Shown piece by piece: positions 24,403-37,200 of a DNA stretch of 64,000 nt. The stretch covers positions 21,206,001-21,270,000 of the forward strand of contig NC_058369.1 of NCBI RefSeq assembly GCF_018350175.1, given 5' to 3'. Position 1 is the stretch's first letter; each line of letters begins with the position of its first letter. The notes beneath the pieces are model-generated. The model did no database searches. It was not told where the DNA came from and worked only from the letters and a program-made list of their open reading frames with translations. Made by a program: the position numbers and the translations under genes. This stretch comes from Felis catus (taxonomy: Eukaryota).

Positions 24403-24829
24403 CTAAAGGAAGAGATTTAATGTTAAATGGGTAAAATGAAATAAATGAACCCAAATTTGTATACAGTTGGTAAAGCATAACCATAACAAAGGGACTACTC
24501 CAAACGATTCGTAAAATACAGTTTAATGTATATCCTAGGGACAACAAAAAAACTGGAAAAAAATTTAAACTGTTTTCAGTAATCATTTTTTAGTGAGAGA
24601 GTAAGCACTACCATGTCGAGATAGTTGTGAATAAGGTAGAATAAAGCAAATGAATAGCTATGTGGCATTCTAATTCCATCACCTGTAGTACCCTTGAGAA
24701 CTGAGATTTTTATCACAGTAGGAAAAAAGATACAGATGTTAAAACAGAGAACACTGCATAAAAACCTTACAGCCATAAGGCTCAGTTAAGAGCATCAGTA
24801 TGAACTTATGATGTATTTTATCTTTATTT

Positions 24830-25053
24830 TTATTAAAAAAATTTTTTTTTAACATTTATTCATCTTTGAGAGACAGAGAGAGACAGAGCATGAGCGGGAA
24901 AGGGGCAGAGAGAGGGAGACACAGAATCTGAAGCAGGCTCCAGGCTCCAAGCTGTCAGCACAGAGCGCGACGTGGGGCTCAAACGCACGAACTGTGAGAT
25001 CATGACCTGAGCTGAAGTCGGACGCTCAACCGACTGAGCCACCCAGGCGCCCC
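24830..25053 (-). mobile_element. Can-SINE
   Basis: Flanked by tgatgtattt(t)atcttta copies. Confidence 0.9.
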
Positions 25054-26293
25054 TTGATGTATTTTATCTTTAAATATAAAACAAACACACACAAAATTTC
25101 TTATCTCTGTCCACTGAAAATCTTAGAAACAATGACCAATCCAGTATCAGTATAATCCCATGGGGTTTTGACTATAACTTTGAAACAGGGATTTCAAATA
25201 CTGACACCAGTAACTCTTCAGCAAATGGCAGATGCACCGTTGGCATAAGATGAACCTTGTGTATCTTGAAACATGAGATAGTAAAGAATCTGTCAATGCC
25301 TCCTTACTATGGTTATGTCAAAAGAACACGGCAGCCAGCCTGGGACAACAGGAGCATCAATAAAGGCAACTGCAATGGGTTAAAACCCAGCAATATGTCT
25401 AAATTTAGTAGTTCTTAATAATATATAAAACTGAACAAATGAGCTGGGTAAATGTTGGAGGATGTTGGTAAATCAATGCATTATTCTGAAAACTAGTAAG
25501 CCAAGGGGGGAAGGGGGCACCTTTTATCCTTTCAAAACAAAAAACCAAACCAAACCAAACCAAGATGAACAAAAAACTACCACTGGGTAACCAAATTCTG
25601 GATGAGGCATAGTTTCTCTATACAGAAGTATTCCAGTTGGTAAATGAGCAAGGAATGATAAAATCACACTATTGCTATTTTATACCTCTTTAATGAATTA
25701 AGGTAGTCAGCATCAATAGCTGTTAACACATGGGAGAAACAACCAGCTGTTACAGGGTCACCCAATGAAAGCCCATATACCACCTCTGAAGTTGGTTTCT
25801 GTACCAAAAGGAGGGGACGAAGATCAAATCTAATTTAAATCTGATCAAGCCTCTTGCTCCAATTGCCACTTTAAAGGAAATGCCAAGCACACTAAAACAT
25901 GTTAAACTATAGCAAAGGAACGCAATTAGCAAAACCCAGACTATGGGAAGCTACAGTAAAATCCCAGTTTCTTCAACAAATAAACTGCAAGGCAAAAAAA
26001 AAAAAAAAAGAAAGAAGAGAGGAGAATTTATGGATTAGAAGTATCAATCAAATGCAGTATATGGACCTTATTTAGATTCTACCTCAACCAGACACTGCTT
26101 CAACCTGTGATGTAATGTATGTATAGAAAACCTATTACGAAGCATCCTTGCTGAACTGAAACTTAATCTAATCAAGCCTCTGGAGTAAATGTTTTTAAGA
26201 AATGAGAGGAATAAAGAGGAAAAAGTTAGCTGATATCACAAAGAAGTGAACTGATTAATCCAGAACATGAAAGCGTACAAGAAAGTGATCTAG

Positions 26294-26533
26294 GAGGGCA
26301 CCTGGGTGGCTCAGTTGGTTAAGCATCCGACTTCAGCTCAGGTCATGATCTCATGGTGGGTTCGAGCCCTGTGTTGGGCTCTGTGCTGACAGTTCAGAGC
26401 CTGGAGCCTGCTTCGGGTTCTGTGTCTCTCACTCTCTCTGCTCCTCCCCCACTCATGCTCGGTCTCTCTCTTCCTCTCTCTCTCTCTCTCTCTCTCAAAA
26501 ATAAATAAAAACATTAAAAAGATTAAAAAAAAA
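26294..26533 (+). mobile_element. Can-SINE
   Basis: Head, long CT tract, A-tail. Confidence 0.9.
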
Positions 26534-27134
26534 AGTGGTCTGGTTTTTGAAGAGTCAATGGCTTGACCATAAAAAAAAAAAAAAAGGGAGGGGTTTGCTC
26601 TAGGTTAGGCCAGAGGGCATAATGATTAAATAGAACATAAAGAACTTAATTAAGTCCTGATTTGAAGAAACCAACTGTAAAAATACATTTTGAGACAATC
26701 AGTAAAATTTGGAAATTTGTCAGGTATTAGGTGAAACCAAGAAATGGTTTTGTTAGTTGCAACGATTTTATGGATATTTAAGAAAATACCTGCAAATATT
26801 AGAGGTACGTACTGAATTATGTAAAAATGAAGTGACATGCCTGAATTCCCTTTAAAATAATTTAGAACAAAAAACACAGAGAGAACAGTGGATATAGGAG
26901 ATAAGTAAGGCACAACCTTGATAAATGCTGAGTTAACAGTACTACTCTTCATATCCGTAGATGTTTGAAATTTTTCATAATACAAAACAGAAATGAAAAG
27001 GAAATCAACATTAAAATTTCTTTTCCTTGAGCCTTAAAAAATATATGTATATTTAGTTACTGCTGAATTATCTACCGTTTCCTAACTCAACTTATGGAAT
27101 TACTTCGATTTTTTAAAAACCCTTCTTAAAAATT

Positions 27135-27445
27135 TTATTTATTTATTTATTTATTTGGGTTATTTGTTTATTTATTTATTTAGAGGGGGGAGGGGCAGAA
27201 AGAGAGGGAGAGAGATAATCCCAAGCAGACTCTGCTCTGTCAGCGTAGAGCCCAATATGACGCTTGATCCGAGCTGTGAAATCACAACCTGAGCCAAAAT
27301 CAAGAGTTAGACACTTAATTGACTGAGCCACCCAGGTGCCCCTTAAGTTAATTTTTAAAAGTAATCTCTATACCCAATCTGGGGCTTGAACACATGCCCC
27401 CAAGATCAAGAGTTGCATGCTCCACTGAGCTAGTCAGATGCTCCG
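27135..27445 (-). mobile_element. Can-SINE (27135-27342) plus short Can-SINE (27350-27445)
   Basis: Two tandem tRNA-derived heads. Confidence 0.82.
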
Positions 27446-27809
27446 TAGAATGAATTCTATTTTTATAAGGCACTGTGTCCCTAAAAAGTAAAACAAAGGT
27501 TTTCATTTCTGCAAAACTTCTGCATGCTTTTACAATTCCATAAAAAGATAAATCCCTTAACATGAAGGAATCACCACTTAGCAGTAAGTCATACTCAAAA
27601 CTACTATAATACTTCATTTATAGTAATTTCATATAAAAAAGCAAGGTCTGTTTGTTTTTCCCCTTTCAGCAAATATACTTCCAAAGAATATTTGACAACA
27701 CCATTATCATAGGCTTGGTATTTACTTTACTTACATACTGTAAATAAGGCAGAAACCTCTTGTTTAGCCCAATGCTATTAACTGCTTTTGTTGTCTTTTC
27801 TGCCCTCAG

Positions 27810-28018
27810 TTTTTTTGTTTTGCTTTGAATTTCTTTAACATTTATTTAACTTTGGGGGAGAGAGAGAGAGACAGCGAGCGAGCACGGGGAAGGGGCAGAG
27901 AGAGAGGGAGACACAGAATCTGAAGCAGGCTCCAGGTTCTGAGCTGTCAGCACAGAGACCGATGTGGGGCTCAAACTCATGGACAGATGCTTAACCGACT
28001 GAGACACCCAGGAGCCCC
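27810..28018 (-). mobile_element. Can-SINE with an internal deletion in the head
   Basis: Lacks the gagatcatgacctgagccgaagtc segment present in sister copies. Confidence 0.85.
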
Positions 28019-28486
28019 TCCTTCCCTCACAGTTTTAATAAAATCACCATCCACAAACCAACTCAAAAGACAAGTGCAGTGGCTGAGCATCTAATACTTT
28101 GAATTCTATGTAGGATCTGCTGCTGGGATTCACTTTTAATTCCAGTAATCAGCAAACAAGCAAACATATAAAATACCAAATCTGCCACTACACTCTTGCA
28201 GGCATAATATGTGGGAAAAGTATCTATTCTTACCATTTAAATTTTACAAAGTGTCCACAGCATTTAAGAAAGTTAACAAAACCTCTGCCATTATATACTA
28301 TTCCCCACATGCTTTTCACATTTTAACTACTTAAAATATAGAAGAGAGTACTTGAGGGGAAGAGAAAAAACTCCATGCTGGAAGTGTCAGTCCAAACATA
28401 TTCACCAATAAATTAAGTATTCTCTCAGTGAATCAGTACTATCCTTGACAGACTAAACTGAAAAACAAAGTGTGAGGCTGCCTTAC

Positions 28487-28592
28487 TCAGCTTGAGTTTG
28501 GGAGAAGCCACGTCATCATCATCAGGCAGTGGGCCCAGCTCTTTCCTTTTATCCTTGAGTAACTTTTCCAGGATGTGTGCATCGTTGTACAC
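28487..28592 (-). CDS. PBRM1: PBRM1 exon, 106 nt (VYNDAHILEKLLKDKRKELGPLPDDDDVASPKLKL)
   Basis: Manual translation; TAG acceptor, GTAAGG donor. Confidence 0.95.
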
Positions 28593-28734
28593 CTATATTC
28601 CATAAATATATTTAAAATTATTTTCTAAAAAATGTTCTATTGAAGTATAACATGCATCTATAAAGAAGTTTTAAAGACATAGGTTAGCATAGATGAGAAC
28701 TAAAGAAATAAAGCTTGAGATCACTACAGAGTAA

Positions 28735-28842
28735 CAAAATCGCATCTTTGAGGGGTGGGCCTCAGCCTCAAATGGTTTGTTGTTTAAGCTTTCCAGGTGA
28801 TTCTAATGTGCAGACATGCATGCTACAGTTTCAGAACTACTG
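28735..28842. mobile_element. MER5-like hAT-Charlie MITE fragment
   Basis: ggggtgggcc..aagctttccaggtgattctaatgtgcag..agtttcagaactactg. Confidence 0.6.
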
Positions 28843-29481
28843 CAGTAGAATCACTGCAAGTTTTTACAGAACTTCTGAAACATATTTACGTGTGTTGCTT
28901 TTTTCATAAATCTCTCTCCCACTGGACCCTCAAGGTAGCTGACTTAGCTCAATGGGAATTAAAACTGAAAAATATCTGATAGACAGTAATAGCTCAAATA
29001 TTGTTAAATGGCATTTAATATCAGTCTGAATTCACAATGTAGACTCTGATCTGTGAAAAGCAACAATCCCTGCTTGGGACTGCTCTCTGAAGACTGAGCC
29101 AAGGGTGGTAATATGTAGCCAAGAACAAGGTTATTCACCTAATGGCCACACCCCAACAGCTATATCCCCCTGACTCTCTCCACAGAGGCTCCCCTGACCG
29201 CCACCACAGCAGAGGGGCTGAAGGAATAAATGCTCTCTCTTCTTTGGCTACTTTTCTTAAGGGTGGCTTTTTTCTCAATCAGTAGCAGACAAGTGGCAAA
29301 TTCGCCAATGATATTAAGGAGAGTGTAAACCCCTATGATAGGGGGTTTGATCACAAGTACCCTCAATGCCTAGTTTATTTTGTAAGAGCAAAAGAAAAGA
29401 AATACATGATTTTAAAGTTATTTTATTTCTGGGAGATTTAATGTAGACAAAGGAAATTCGAAAAGTATATGCACTCTCACC

Positions 29482-30130
29482 CATGTTCAGTGCATTATTT
29501 ACCATAACCAAGGTATGGAAGCAAACTAAGTGTCCATCAATAGATGAATGGATAAAGAAAACACACGTGCGTGCGCACGCAGGCATGGGGAGGGAGAGGG
29601 AGAGGGAGTGGGGGAGAGTATTATTCAGCCATAAAAAAAAAAAAAATGAAATCTTGTCCTTTGTGACAATGTGGATGAACTCTGATGGCATTATGCTAGT
29701 TGAAATAAGTCAGACAGAGAAAGACAAACACCATATCATCTCACATATGTGTAGATTCTAAACAAACAAACAAACAAACCAAAAACCCAAGCTCATTCAG
29801 AACAGATCAGTGGTTCGCAGAGAGAGGGGATGGGGACAGGTGGAATGGATGAAGGGGGTCAAAAGCACAAACTTCTAGTTAGAAAATAAGATATAGTGTA
29901 CAGCATGGTGACTAGTTATTAAAACTGTAGTGCATATCTGAAAGCTGCTAAGAGAGTAGATCTAAAAGTTTTCACCACAAGAAAAAAAATTTTGTAACTA
30001 TGCATGATTGCAGATGTTAATGAGGTTTACTATAATCACATGGCAATATATACAAATACAAAAGCATTATGTTGCACACTTGAAACTAATATAATGGTAT
30101 AGGTCAATTAAATTTCAACAAAAAATAAAG
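29482..30130 (+). mobile_element. L1 3' end (ORF2 C-terminus, 3' UTR, A-tail)
   Basis: ORF 29483..29761 MFSALFTITKVWKQTKCPSIDEWIKK resembles the L1 ORF2 C-terminus. Confidence 0.85.
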
Positions 30131-30339
30131 AATATGAAATAAAAAAACAAAAGAATATATCCTAGTTATACTGATAAAGAACTGAAAATCAAGATGCTTC
30201 ATAACAAAATCAATGATTTAGAGGTACATTTATGAATATATCTTAATTCTTATATGACCATACCATTTTGTGGACTCTCCCTGGAGAAGTATGTTATTGA
30301 GGGTAGTAATAATGAGGAAAGATTTTAATGTCACTGGTT

Positions 30340-30570
30340 TTCATTTGAATGCTTATTTGAACACCAGGCACCATTCTACATGCTCTGTGTATATTCTCTC
30401 ATTTAAATCCTATGATAACCCTGTTGGAAGTACTATTATTATCTCCACTGCACAGATGAGGAAAATGAAGCTCAGAGAAGATAAGTTACTTACATGGGCT
30501 TTGGAAGAGCAGAATTCAAATTTGGGATGTCAAACTACATAGTATAAACTTTTAACCTATACAGTGTACT
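30340..30570 (-). mobile_element. MIR remnant
   Basis: ccaggcaccattcta..ctcatttaaatcct..cagatgaggaaaatgaagctcagaga. Confidence 0.7.
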
Positions 30571-30729
30571 GTCTCCCATTTTAAACAATTAAGAAAAGAC
30601 AAAGTATTAAGCTACTCATTGAGAAGAGTAACCTGAGTGAGGCTTCTAGATCTGGTCTCTCAAGATGCATTACTCTACCAGCACCCAAAAGAAAACGTGC
30701 CTCCTGCAGGATTCCTACACATTTTTTAC

Positions 30730-31006
30730 CTGGGAGCCCTCCTCGTTGTAATGCCTGGCATTCCGGAACATCAGCTTCATGTCTTCTATCATTCCCTCTT
30801 CCCCTGCATATTTGTCATTGCGGATGTTATGTTCAATTATTTTCAAGTCCATTGGCTCCAATATGATTTTATAATAATCAGGATAGTCCTTTTTGGATGG
30901 TTTAACCATAAATAGATCACAAAGTCTTCTGCCTGAACCTGGCTCACGAGCTTCAAGAACAACATTGAATAAGATTTTCATTCGCTGCTTTCTTATGTTC
31001 TTTTTA
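30730..31006 (-). CDS. PBRM1: PBRM1 exon, 277 nt, bromodomain 4 (KKNIRKQRMKILFNVVLEAREPGSGRRLCDLF...NARHYNEEGSQ)
   Basis: Overlaps ORF 30715..30981; CAG acceptor, GTAAAA donor. Confidence 0.96.
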
Positions 31007-31435
31007 CTGTTGAGGCGGGAGGTAGAAAAGGGGAGAAATGAGAAGAGGTTCAGTTTTCTTTATACAGGGATGAACATGAAATGAAACAAACTAAACTTGT
31101 GGGAAGGTGCTTTATAATGATCATAATTTACTGATTACATATGCCACAAACACAGTAAACATGCTGGAAGCTATAAGCAAATATTAGGAGAATTTCCAAA
31201 TAGTTAAAATTAAAACAGTGACTCTAGTAGGAGCAGCCAATGAACACCAGACAAACCTGTTTAAAATATTTATGAAATGCAATGCTTTAAAAAAAGCCTT
31301 CTCTAACATCCAAAGAAAATGAAACTCTATTATCAGTTGAAATATACTTTTTGTTTTTAAGAACACAGCAAAAGTGGAATAAAACTACTGATTCCCTGCT
31401 GTTACTAACAGTCTCACTTCAAAACACCAAAACCA

Positions 31436-31655
31436 GGGGAGCCTGGGTGGCTCAGTCGGTTGAGTGACCAACTTTGGCTCAGGTCATGATCTCACGGTTT
31501 GTGAGTTCGAGCCCTGTGTTGGGTTCTTGTGCTGACAGCTCAGAGCCTGGAGCCTGCTTCCGATTCTGTGTCTCCCTCGCTCTCTGCCCCTCCCCTACTC
31601 ATGCTCTGTCTCTGTCTCAGAAATAAACAAACATTAAAAAAAAAAATTTTTTTTT
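31436..31655 (+). mobile_element. Can-SINE
   Basis: TSD aaaacaccaaaacca. Confidence 0.9.
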
Positions 31656-32570
31656 TAAAAAACACCAAAACCAAACACACAAAGAATATCCCATCTCTTA
31701 AGACAACCACTCTGAGTACCTGCATATCCTGATTACCAGAAAACAAAGGGAGGCTACCTGCAAGACTAGAGTCTCTACAATGCATACAGGTCTCTCCTGC
31801 ATTTATCCTGTCTAGGTCAGTCCCTGCTCCCTCCAGCTCTGTCAGCATTACTCCAAAATCCCAATCTAGCCTAAGGAATAAATGCTCAGTGGTTCACCTG
31901 AGCTCTTGAGAAAATTTTCATCTTGAATGTGAGTCCTTGTCTTGTTCTCCAAATTCTCCCTGTGAGGTGTGAAACTAAGCCACAAATATGTGTAGTGTGG
32001 AACAAAGTCAAGGGGCCACAGGTTAGAACCTGAGTTAAAAAGGAGCCCAAGAGAACAGATAGTCTGTCTCTTAACTGTTGAGGAAACTGGCTCAGAGAGG
32101 CTAAATGACTTGCCCAAGGCGAGTGGTCCAGTGAATTATTAGAAGAGATGATTTTCCAGCATGATTTCCGTCCCACTGTGTATATGTTTTCAGGACACTG
32201 ATAAATTCTACCAAAGCTCAAACCAGCAGTCTCAAGATGAATACTCAGGTAGGTAATAAAATGAAATGATTTATGACTTAATTTCTATTCAACAAATGCT
32301 TATAAGGTGGTATAATGTAGTACTTAGAGGTAAATATTTTTTATCTGTTTCCTGTCTTATAAATGGAAGGAAGTGCATTTCTGAAGAAAACTATGTGGCC
32401 AAATGGGTCTCCTGGTTCAGTGACTCACTCTACTGTGTCACGATGAGGCCAAAGGCCAGATATTTTCTCTCCCAAGTTCAAAATATGTTTTTTAAAAAAG
32501 AAACAAAACCTAATACAGAATAATTAATAGACAAGAAAAGAAATATCCACCTTTAAGTCAAGCTTTTAAA

Positions 32571-32788
32571 TTTTTTTTTTTCAACATTTTTTTATTTATT
32601 TTTGGGACAGAGAGAGACAGAGCATGAACGGGGGAGGGGCAGAGAGAGAGGGAGACACAGAATTGGAAACAGGCTCCAGGCTCCAAGCCATCAGCCCAGA
32701 GCCTGACGCGGGGCTCGAACTCACGGACCGCGAGATCGTGACCTGGCTGAAGTCGGACGCTTAACCGAATGCGCCACCCAGGCGCCCC
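32571..32788 (-). mobile_element. Young felid Can-SINE
   Basis: CpG-rich head; TSD taagtcaagctttt. Confidence 0.93.
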
Positions 32789-32820
32789 TAAGTCAAGCTT
32801 TTAAAATGTGTCAGAAATGA

Positions 32821-33011
32821 GGGGCGCCTGGGTAGCTCAGTCACCTTGGTTTGGCTCAGGTCATGTTCTCTTACAGTTTCGTGGATTCAAGCCCTGCATT
32901 GGGCTCTGAGCTGGCAGCATGGAGCCTGCTTGGGATTCTCTCTCTCTTTCTCTCTCTCTCTGCCCCACCCCCACTCATGCTGTCTCTGTCTGTCTCAAAA
33001 TAAATAAACTT
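32821..33011 (+). mobile_element. Can-SINE
   Basis: TSD aaatgtgtcagaaatg at 32804-32819 and 33012-33027. Confidence 0.88.
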
Positions 33012-33573
33012 AAATGTGTCAGAAATGGGAAAATAAAAATAAATAATAAAATGTCAAAATGCCTATCTTCCAAGCATCACGGAGCTAAGACAGTGTGGAA
33101 GTGGTTAGTTAGGAAGGGAAAAAGAATCTGTTTCCTTTGCCTTCACTCAGACTGCTCATTTCCCTTGGGTAATCCTGAATGGCTCCGGGACCATTTCTGC
33201 TGTTTTCCCCTCTTAGTACTTTTGTGTCTCTGCATCAGGTAAATGATTGTTAGATATGTTAGAAGTTTCATCCAGTGGGAATTATTTCCTTGAAGAGACA
33301 TCTGGGGAGAGCCAAGAGGCCTCTTAGTCCAGGACTCTAGCAAGTGGACAATGCAAAGGGAACTTGGGACAGAGCTCCAAAACCACAGAGCTCCACATCT
33401 GGGCAGAGATTAGAACACAAATGACAGAAGCCTCTAAAGAAAAATTTCAGAATCTCAATTTGATACCCAGGAAATCTATGTTAGAACTACTAAAGATACT
33501 TATGGTTTCTTTGGGTCTCACTTGTGTGTAGAGGGGTAGAACTTCAAAATGAAGACTCAGAAATCCCATTTTG

Positions 33574-33992
33574 GTTTTTCTGTTTGTTTTCCAGAATTGA
33601 TTGTTTTCTTTCTTTTTTAAAAAAATATAATTTATTATCAACTTGGCTAACACACAGTGTATACAGTGTGCTTGTTTGTTTTGGGGGTAGATTCCCATGG
33701 TTCATCGCTTACACACAACACCCAGTGCTCATCCCAGCAAGGCCCTCCTCAATGCCCATCACCCATTTTCCCCTCTCCCCAACTCCCATCATCCATCCCT
33801 CAGTCTGTTCTCTGTATTTCAGAGTCTCTTATGGTTTGCTTCCCTCCCTTTCTGCTTGTAACTATTTTTTCCATTCCCCTCCCCCACGGTCTTCTGTTAA
33901 GTTTCTCAAGATCCACATGAGTGAAAACATACGGTATCTGTCTTTCTCTGACTGACTTAATTCACTTAGCATGATACTTTCAGTTCCATCCA
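33574..33992 (-). mobile_element. 5'-truncated carnivore L1 (3' UTR) with TSD
   Basis: acacccagtgctcatcc..ccctcctcaatgcccatcaccc motif; TSD cagaaatcccattttg at 33558-33573 and 33993-34008. Confidence 0.88.
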
Positions 33993-34350
33993 CAGAAATC
34001 CCATTTTGAACCCAAGCTTAAAAAATCTCTTCAATCATCAACTCAAAATGAAATCACTCCTCATTCCAGGAATACCATACATAACAATTCAAGGTGCCTT
34101 ACTTAGTCCAGGTAAGCTCTCTTCCCTTCCTAGTTCTAGTACACTACTCCCAATTACCACTGGACTTTTCTATATGAAGCTACAAATACTCTGACAGTGG
34201 ATCTAGGGCAGAATTTCATGAGCTTTTTGAAGAGGAGGGAAAGCTTTTAACTGGATTTTAGAAAAAGGGCCAACAAAGTAAAAGATGGGCGAGTGCGATA
34301 ACTCTGACACTAGGCAGCCTTATATGGGACGTATCCAAAATATGAAATCT

Positions 34351-34565
34351 GGGGCACCTGGGTAGCTCAGCTGGTTAGGCATCTCACTTCGACTCAGGTC
34401 ATGATCTCACGGTTCATGAGTTGGAGCCCTGCTTCGGGCTCTGTGCTGACAGCTCAGTGCCTGCAGCCTGCTTCGGATTCTGTGCCCCCCACCCCCGCCC
34501 CTCCCCTGCTTGTGTTCTCTCTCTCTCAAAAAAAACCCAAAAAACCAAACATGTAAAAAAATATA
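34351..34565 (+). mobile_element. Can-SINE
   Basis: Head, body and tail. Confidence 0.88.
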
Positions 34566-35066
34566 TAATTCAAAATGGGAAATCTGAGTTTATTTAAGAC
34601 AGTCCTCTAATAATTGAAATGTACTGTTTTAGGACTTTTATTACCAATAGTATCTTTTTCCCATTTGTATCATTCACTCTTTAAGAGAGTGATGTGTAAC
34701 TGGTTTCTATCCTCAAAGGCAAGCAAAACTTTTGTTATCAGGGCCACTTATAACCTTGTCTGAACAAACTCAGTTTTGTTACTTTGCTGACATTTTCCTG
34801 GATCTTTATATTGCCTTTGTGACTGAGAACTACTGGTTCATTAGTTTTAACCTGGCTGCCAGAAAAAACTCAAGAGCTAAATTTCATTCTCTCTATAGCA
34901 ACTGTTTTAGCTTGGGTGGCTGGTGTATTTACTTTATCTCTAATATGGATGCTGAACTTTATTATATCCATGACTCTTGGAAGTAACTTCAAGTACTTTC
35001 TGAAAGCAGTAAACTCTACATTACAAAAAACAGATACCATATTCCCCTAACTGGTACTTTCTGTTC

Positions 35067-35111
35067 CGTTTCGTTTCGTTTCGTTTCGTTTCCTTTCCTT
35101 TCCTTTCCTTT

Positions 35112-35199
<88 letters not shown>

Positions 35200-35200
35200 T

Positions 35201-35256
<56 letters not shown>
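35067..35256. repeat. Compound microsatellite (GTTTC)n(CTTTC)n(TTTC)n, about 190 bp
   Basis: Read directly. Confidence 0.97.
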
Positions 35257-35458
35257 TCGCGTTTATTCATTTTTGAGAGATGGAAAGATGAATGCAAGCA
35301 GCGATGGCGGAGGGAGAGGAGGATACACAGAATCTGAAGCAGGCTCCAGGCTCTGAGCTGTCAGCACAGAGCCCGATGCAGGGCTTGACCTTACCAACTG
35401 CGAGATCATGACCTGAGCTGAAGTCGGACGCTCAACAGACTGAGCCACCTAGCTGCCC
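35257..35458 (-). mobile_element. Can-SINE whose tail runs into the microsatellite
   Basis: Head ends agctgccc; flanking ttctgttc copies. Confidence 0.9.
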
Positions 35459-36446
35459 TTCTGTTCACTGTTTTCAATGTTACTTTGTTTTTCAGATTCT
35501 TCTTAGAACGCTTCCATGCGTCTTACCTGTCCTCCTCTCTCACACCACCAACTGTAAATAGTTTGTTTACTCCTCCCCATTTTGGGAAAGGCACATAAAT
35601 CTCGGACCTTGTAACTGGCATACTCATTCTTCTTTTTTTAATCAGCACCTTTGAACATACTAAAGTAAACTATATCTCAAGGGAGTTCAAATCCAGGGCT
35701 GTTTATCATTGTGCACTTACAGGTGCCACACTTAAGGGGATGCCAATTCAGATAACAGACACTGTTGTAATAAATATGCAGTTCTAAAATTTTATAAGGG
35801 ATGGGCCATAAAGGGGTCTGTGCTAACAAAATCATTCTATTATAGCAATTTTCTAACAAATGAAAGTGTCTTGAGAAATGGGTGCTTTTTCTAATTTGCA
35901 CAAAGATTAGAAGCTAGAAAAGGCTCTGTTCTGAATCTGATTTTCCAGGGCTACCACTACCACATCCTCCTGACTCCCAGCCAGTCTCAAACACTGTAAT
36001 CACTGTCACTTTTTGCTTCTCTTAGTTTATCACCAAGTTTTAGAGGGCCTCCACAGCCCTTCTGGGTCTGATCTTGCCTTTCAATTTTTCATGCCACAGT
36101 GTTAGTCCTCACCCTCATACTCTGAGGCTGACCACTTTCTCAAATGTCCTTAACAATTACTCTTCCTCTGAAGCTGTTATTTTTTATATGTATTCATATT
36201 TGCATATAAACACAAAATTCCCATTTATAGTTACAGTTAACACTTCTTCCATGTGCCAGGGACTGTGCTAATGAGCACTACATGTGCAATCTCATTTAAT
36301 CCTCAAACTCTAAGAACCGGGGGTACACTTACAATCCCAACTTTGCCGATGGAAAACTGGAGGATTAAAGAAATCAAGCAAATACCTAACGTCATAAAGT
36401 GACCAATGAGAACTGAGACCAGGCTGCTTTTATGATGTGGCTCCCA

Positions 36447-36670
36447 GGGTACCTGGGTGGCTCAGTTGGTTAGGCGACCGACTTCGGCTCAGGTCACAAT
36501 CTTGCAGTCTGTGAGTTTGAGCCCTGTGTTGGGCTCTGTGCTGACAGCTCAGAGCCTGGAGCCTGCTTCAGATTCTGTGTCTCCCTCTCTTTCTCCCCCT
36601 CCCCCCTGTTCACACTCTATGTCTCTCTGTCTCTCAATAATAAATAAATGTTAAAACAAACAAAGAAAAA
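36447..36670 (+). mobile_element. Can-SINE
   Basis: Flanked by tatgatgtKgctccc copies. Confidence 0.9.
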
Positions 36671-37029
36671 TGTATGATGTTGCTCCCTTTCCTAAAAGTC
36701 AGCACTTACCAAGAGCCTCTCTACCCTCATAGGCGTCCAGGTCTACCAGCATTTAACAACCTGGTCCTAGAGTTTCAGTGGTGTCTGCTGTTAAGCTAAG
36801 TAAACCCAAAGGTTCTCTCCTTTACAAGGCTTGCTACATTCACTGCATCTTTAAGCCTTTAAGGAATAAAACCTTTTAATAAGTAAAACCTTTTAATAAA
36901 TAACAAACCTTTTCTGAGTTTCCCAGACTACACATTGGACTAAACACAAAATGAAATCTACCGAGTCTTAATGTCATAGGAACTACTCCCAGGAAATAAT
37001 CAGAGTTACAATCAGAGTACTAACTGCAT

Positions 37030-37200
37030 CTAGGCCCAGTTCTAAGGGCTTCAAACACATTAACCACTCAGGTCCTCACAACAATCTTATGTAGGTATAG
37101 TTATCAATTCCCTTTTCAGATGAGGAAATTGAGGCGAGGTTCAGATCACAAAGCTAATTAGAATAACTAGGATTTGAACTTGGGCAGTTAAGTTCTAGAG
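37030..37200 (-). mobile_element. MIR remnant
   Basis: tcctcacaacaatcttatgtaggta..ttttcagatgaggaaattgaggc. Confidence 0.65.

Noticed and set aside
24403..24586. N-terminal extension of the 276-aa ORF
   Set aside because: Intronic read-through upstream of the TAG acceptor at 24403-24405
35016..35297. KERK-repeat ORF
   Set aside because: Translation of the (GAAA)n microsatellite
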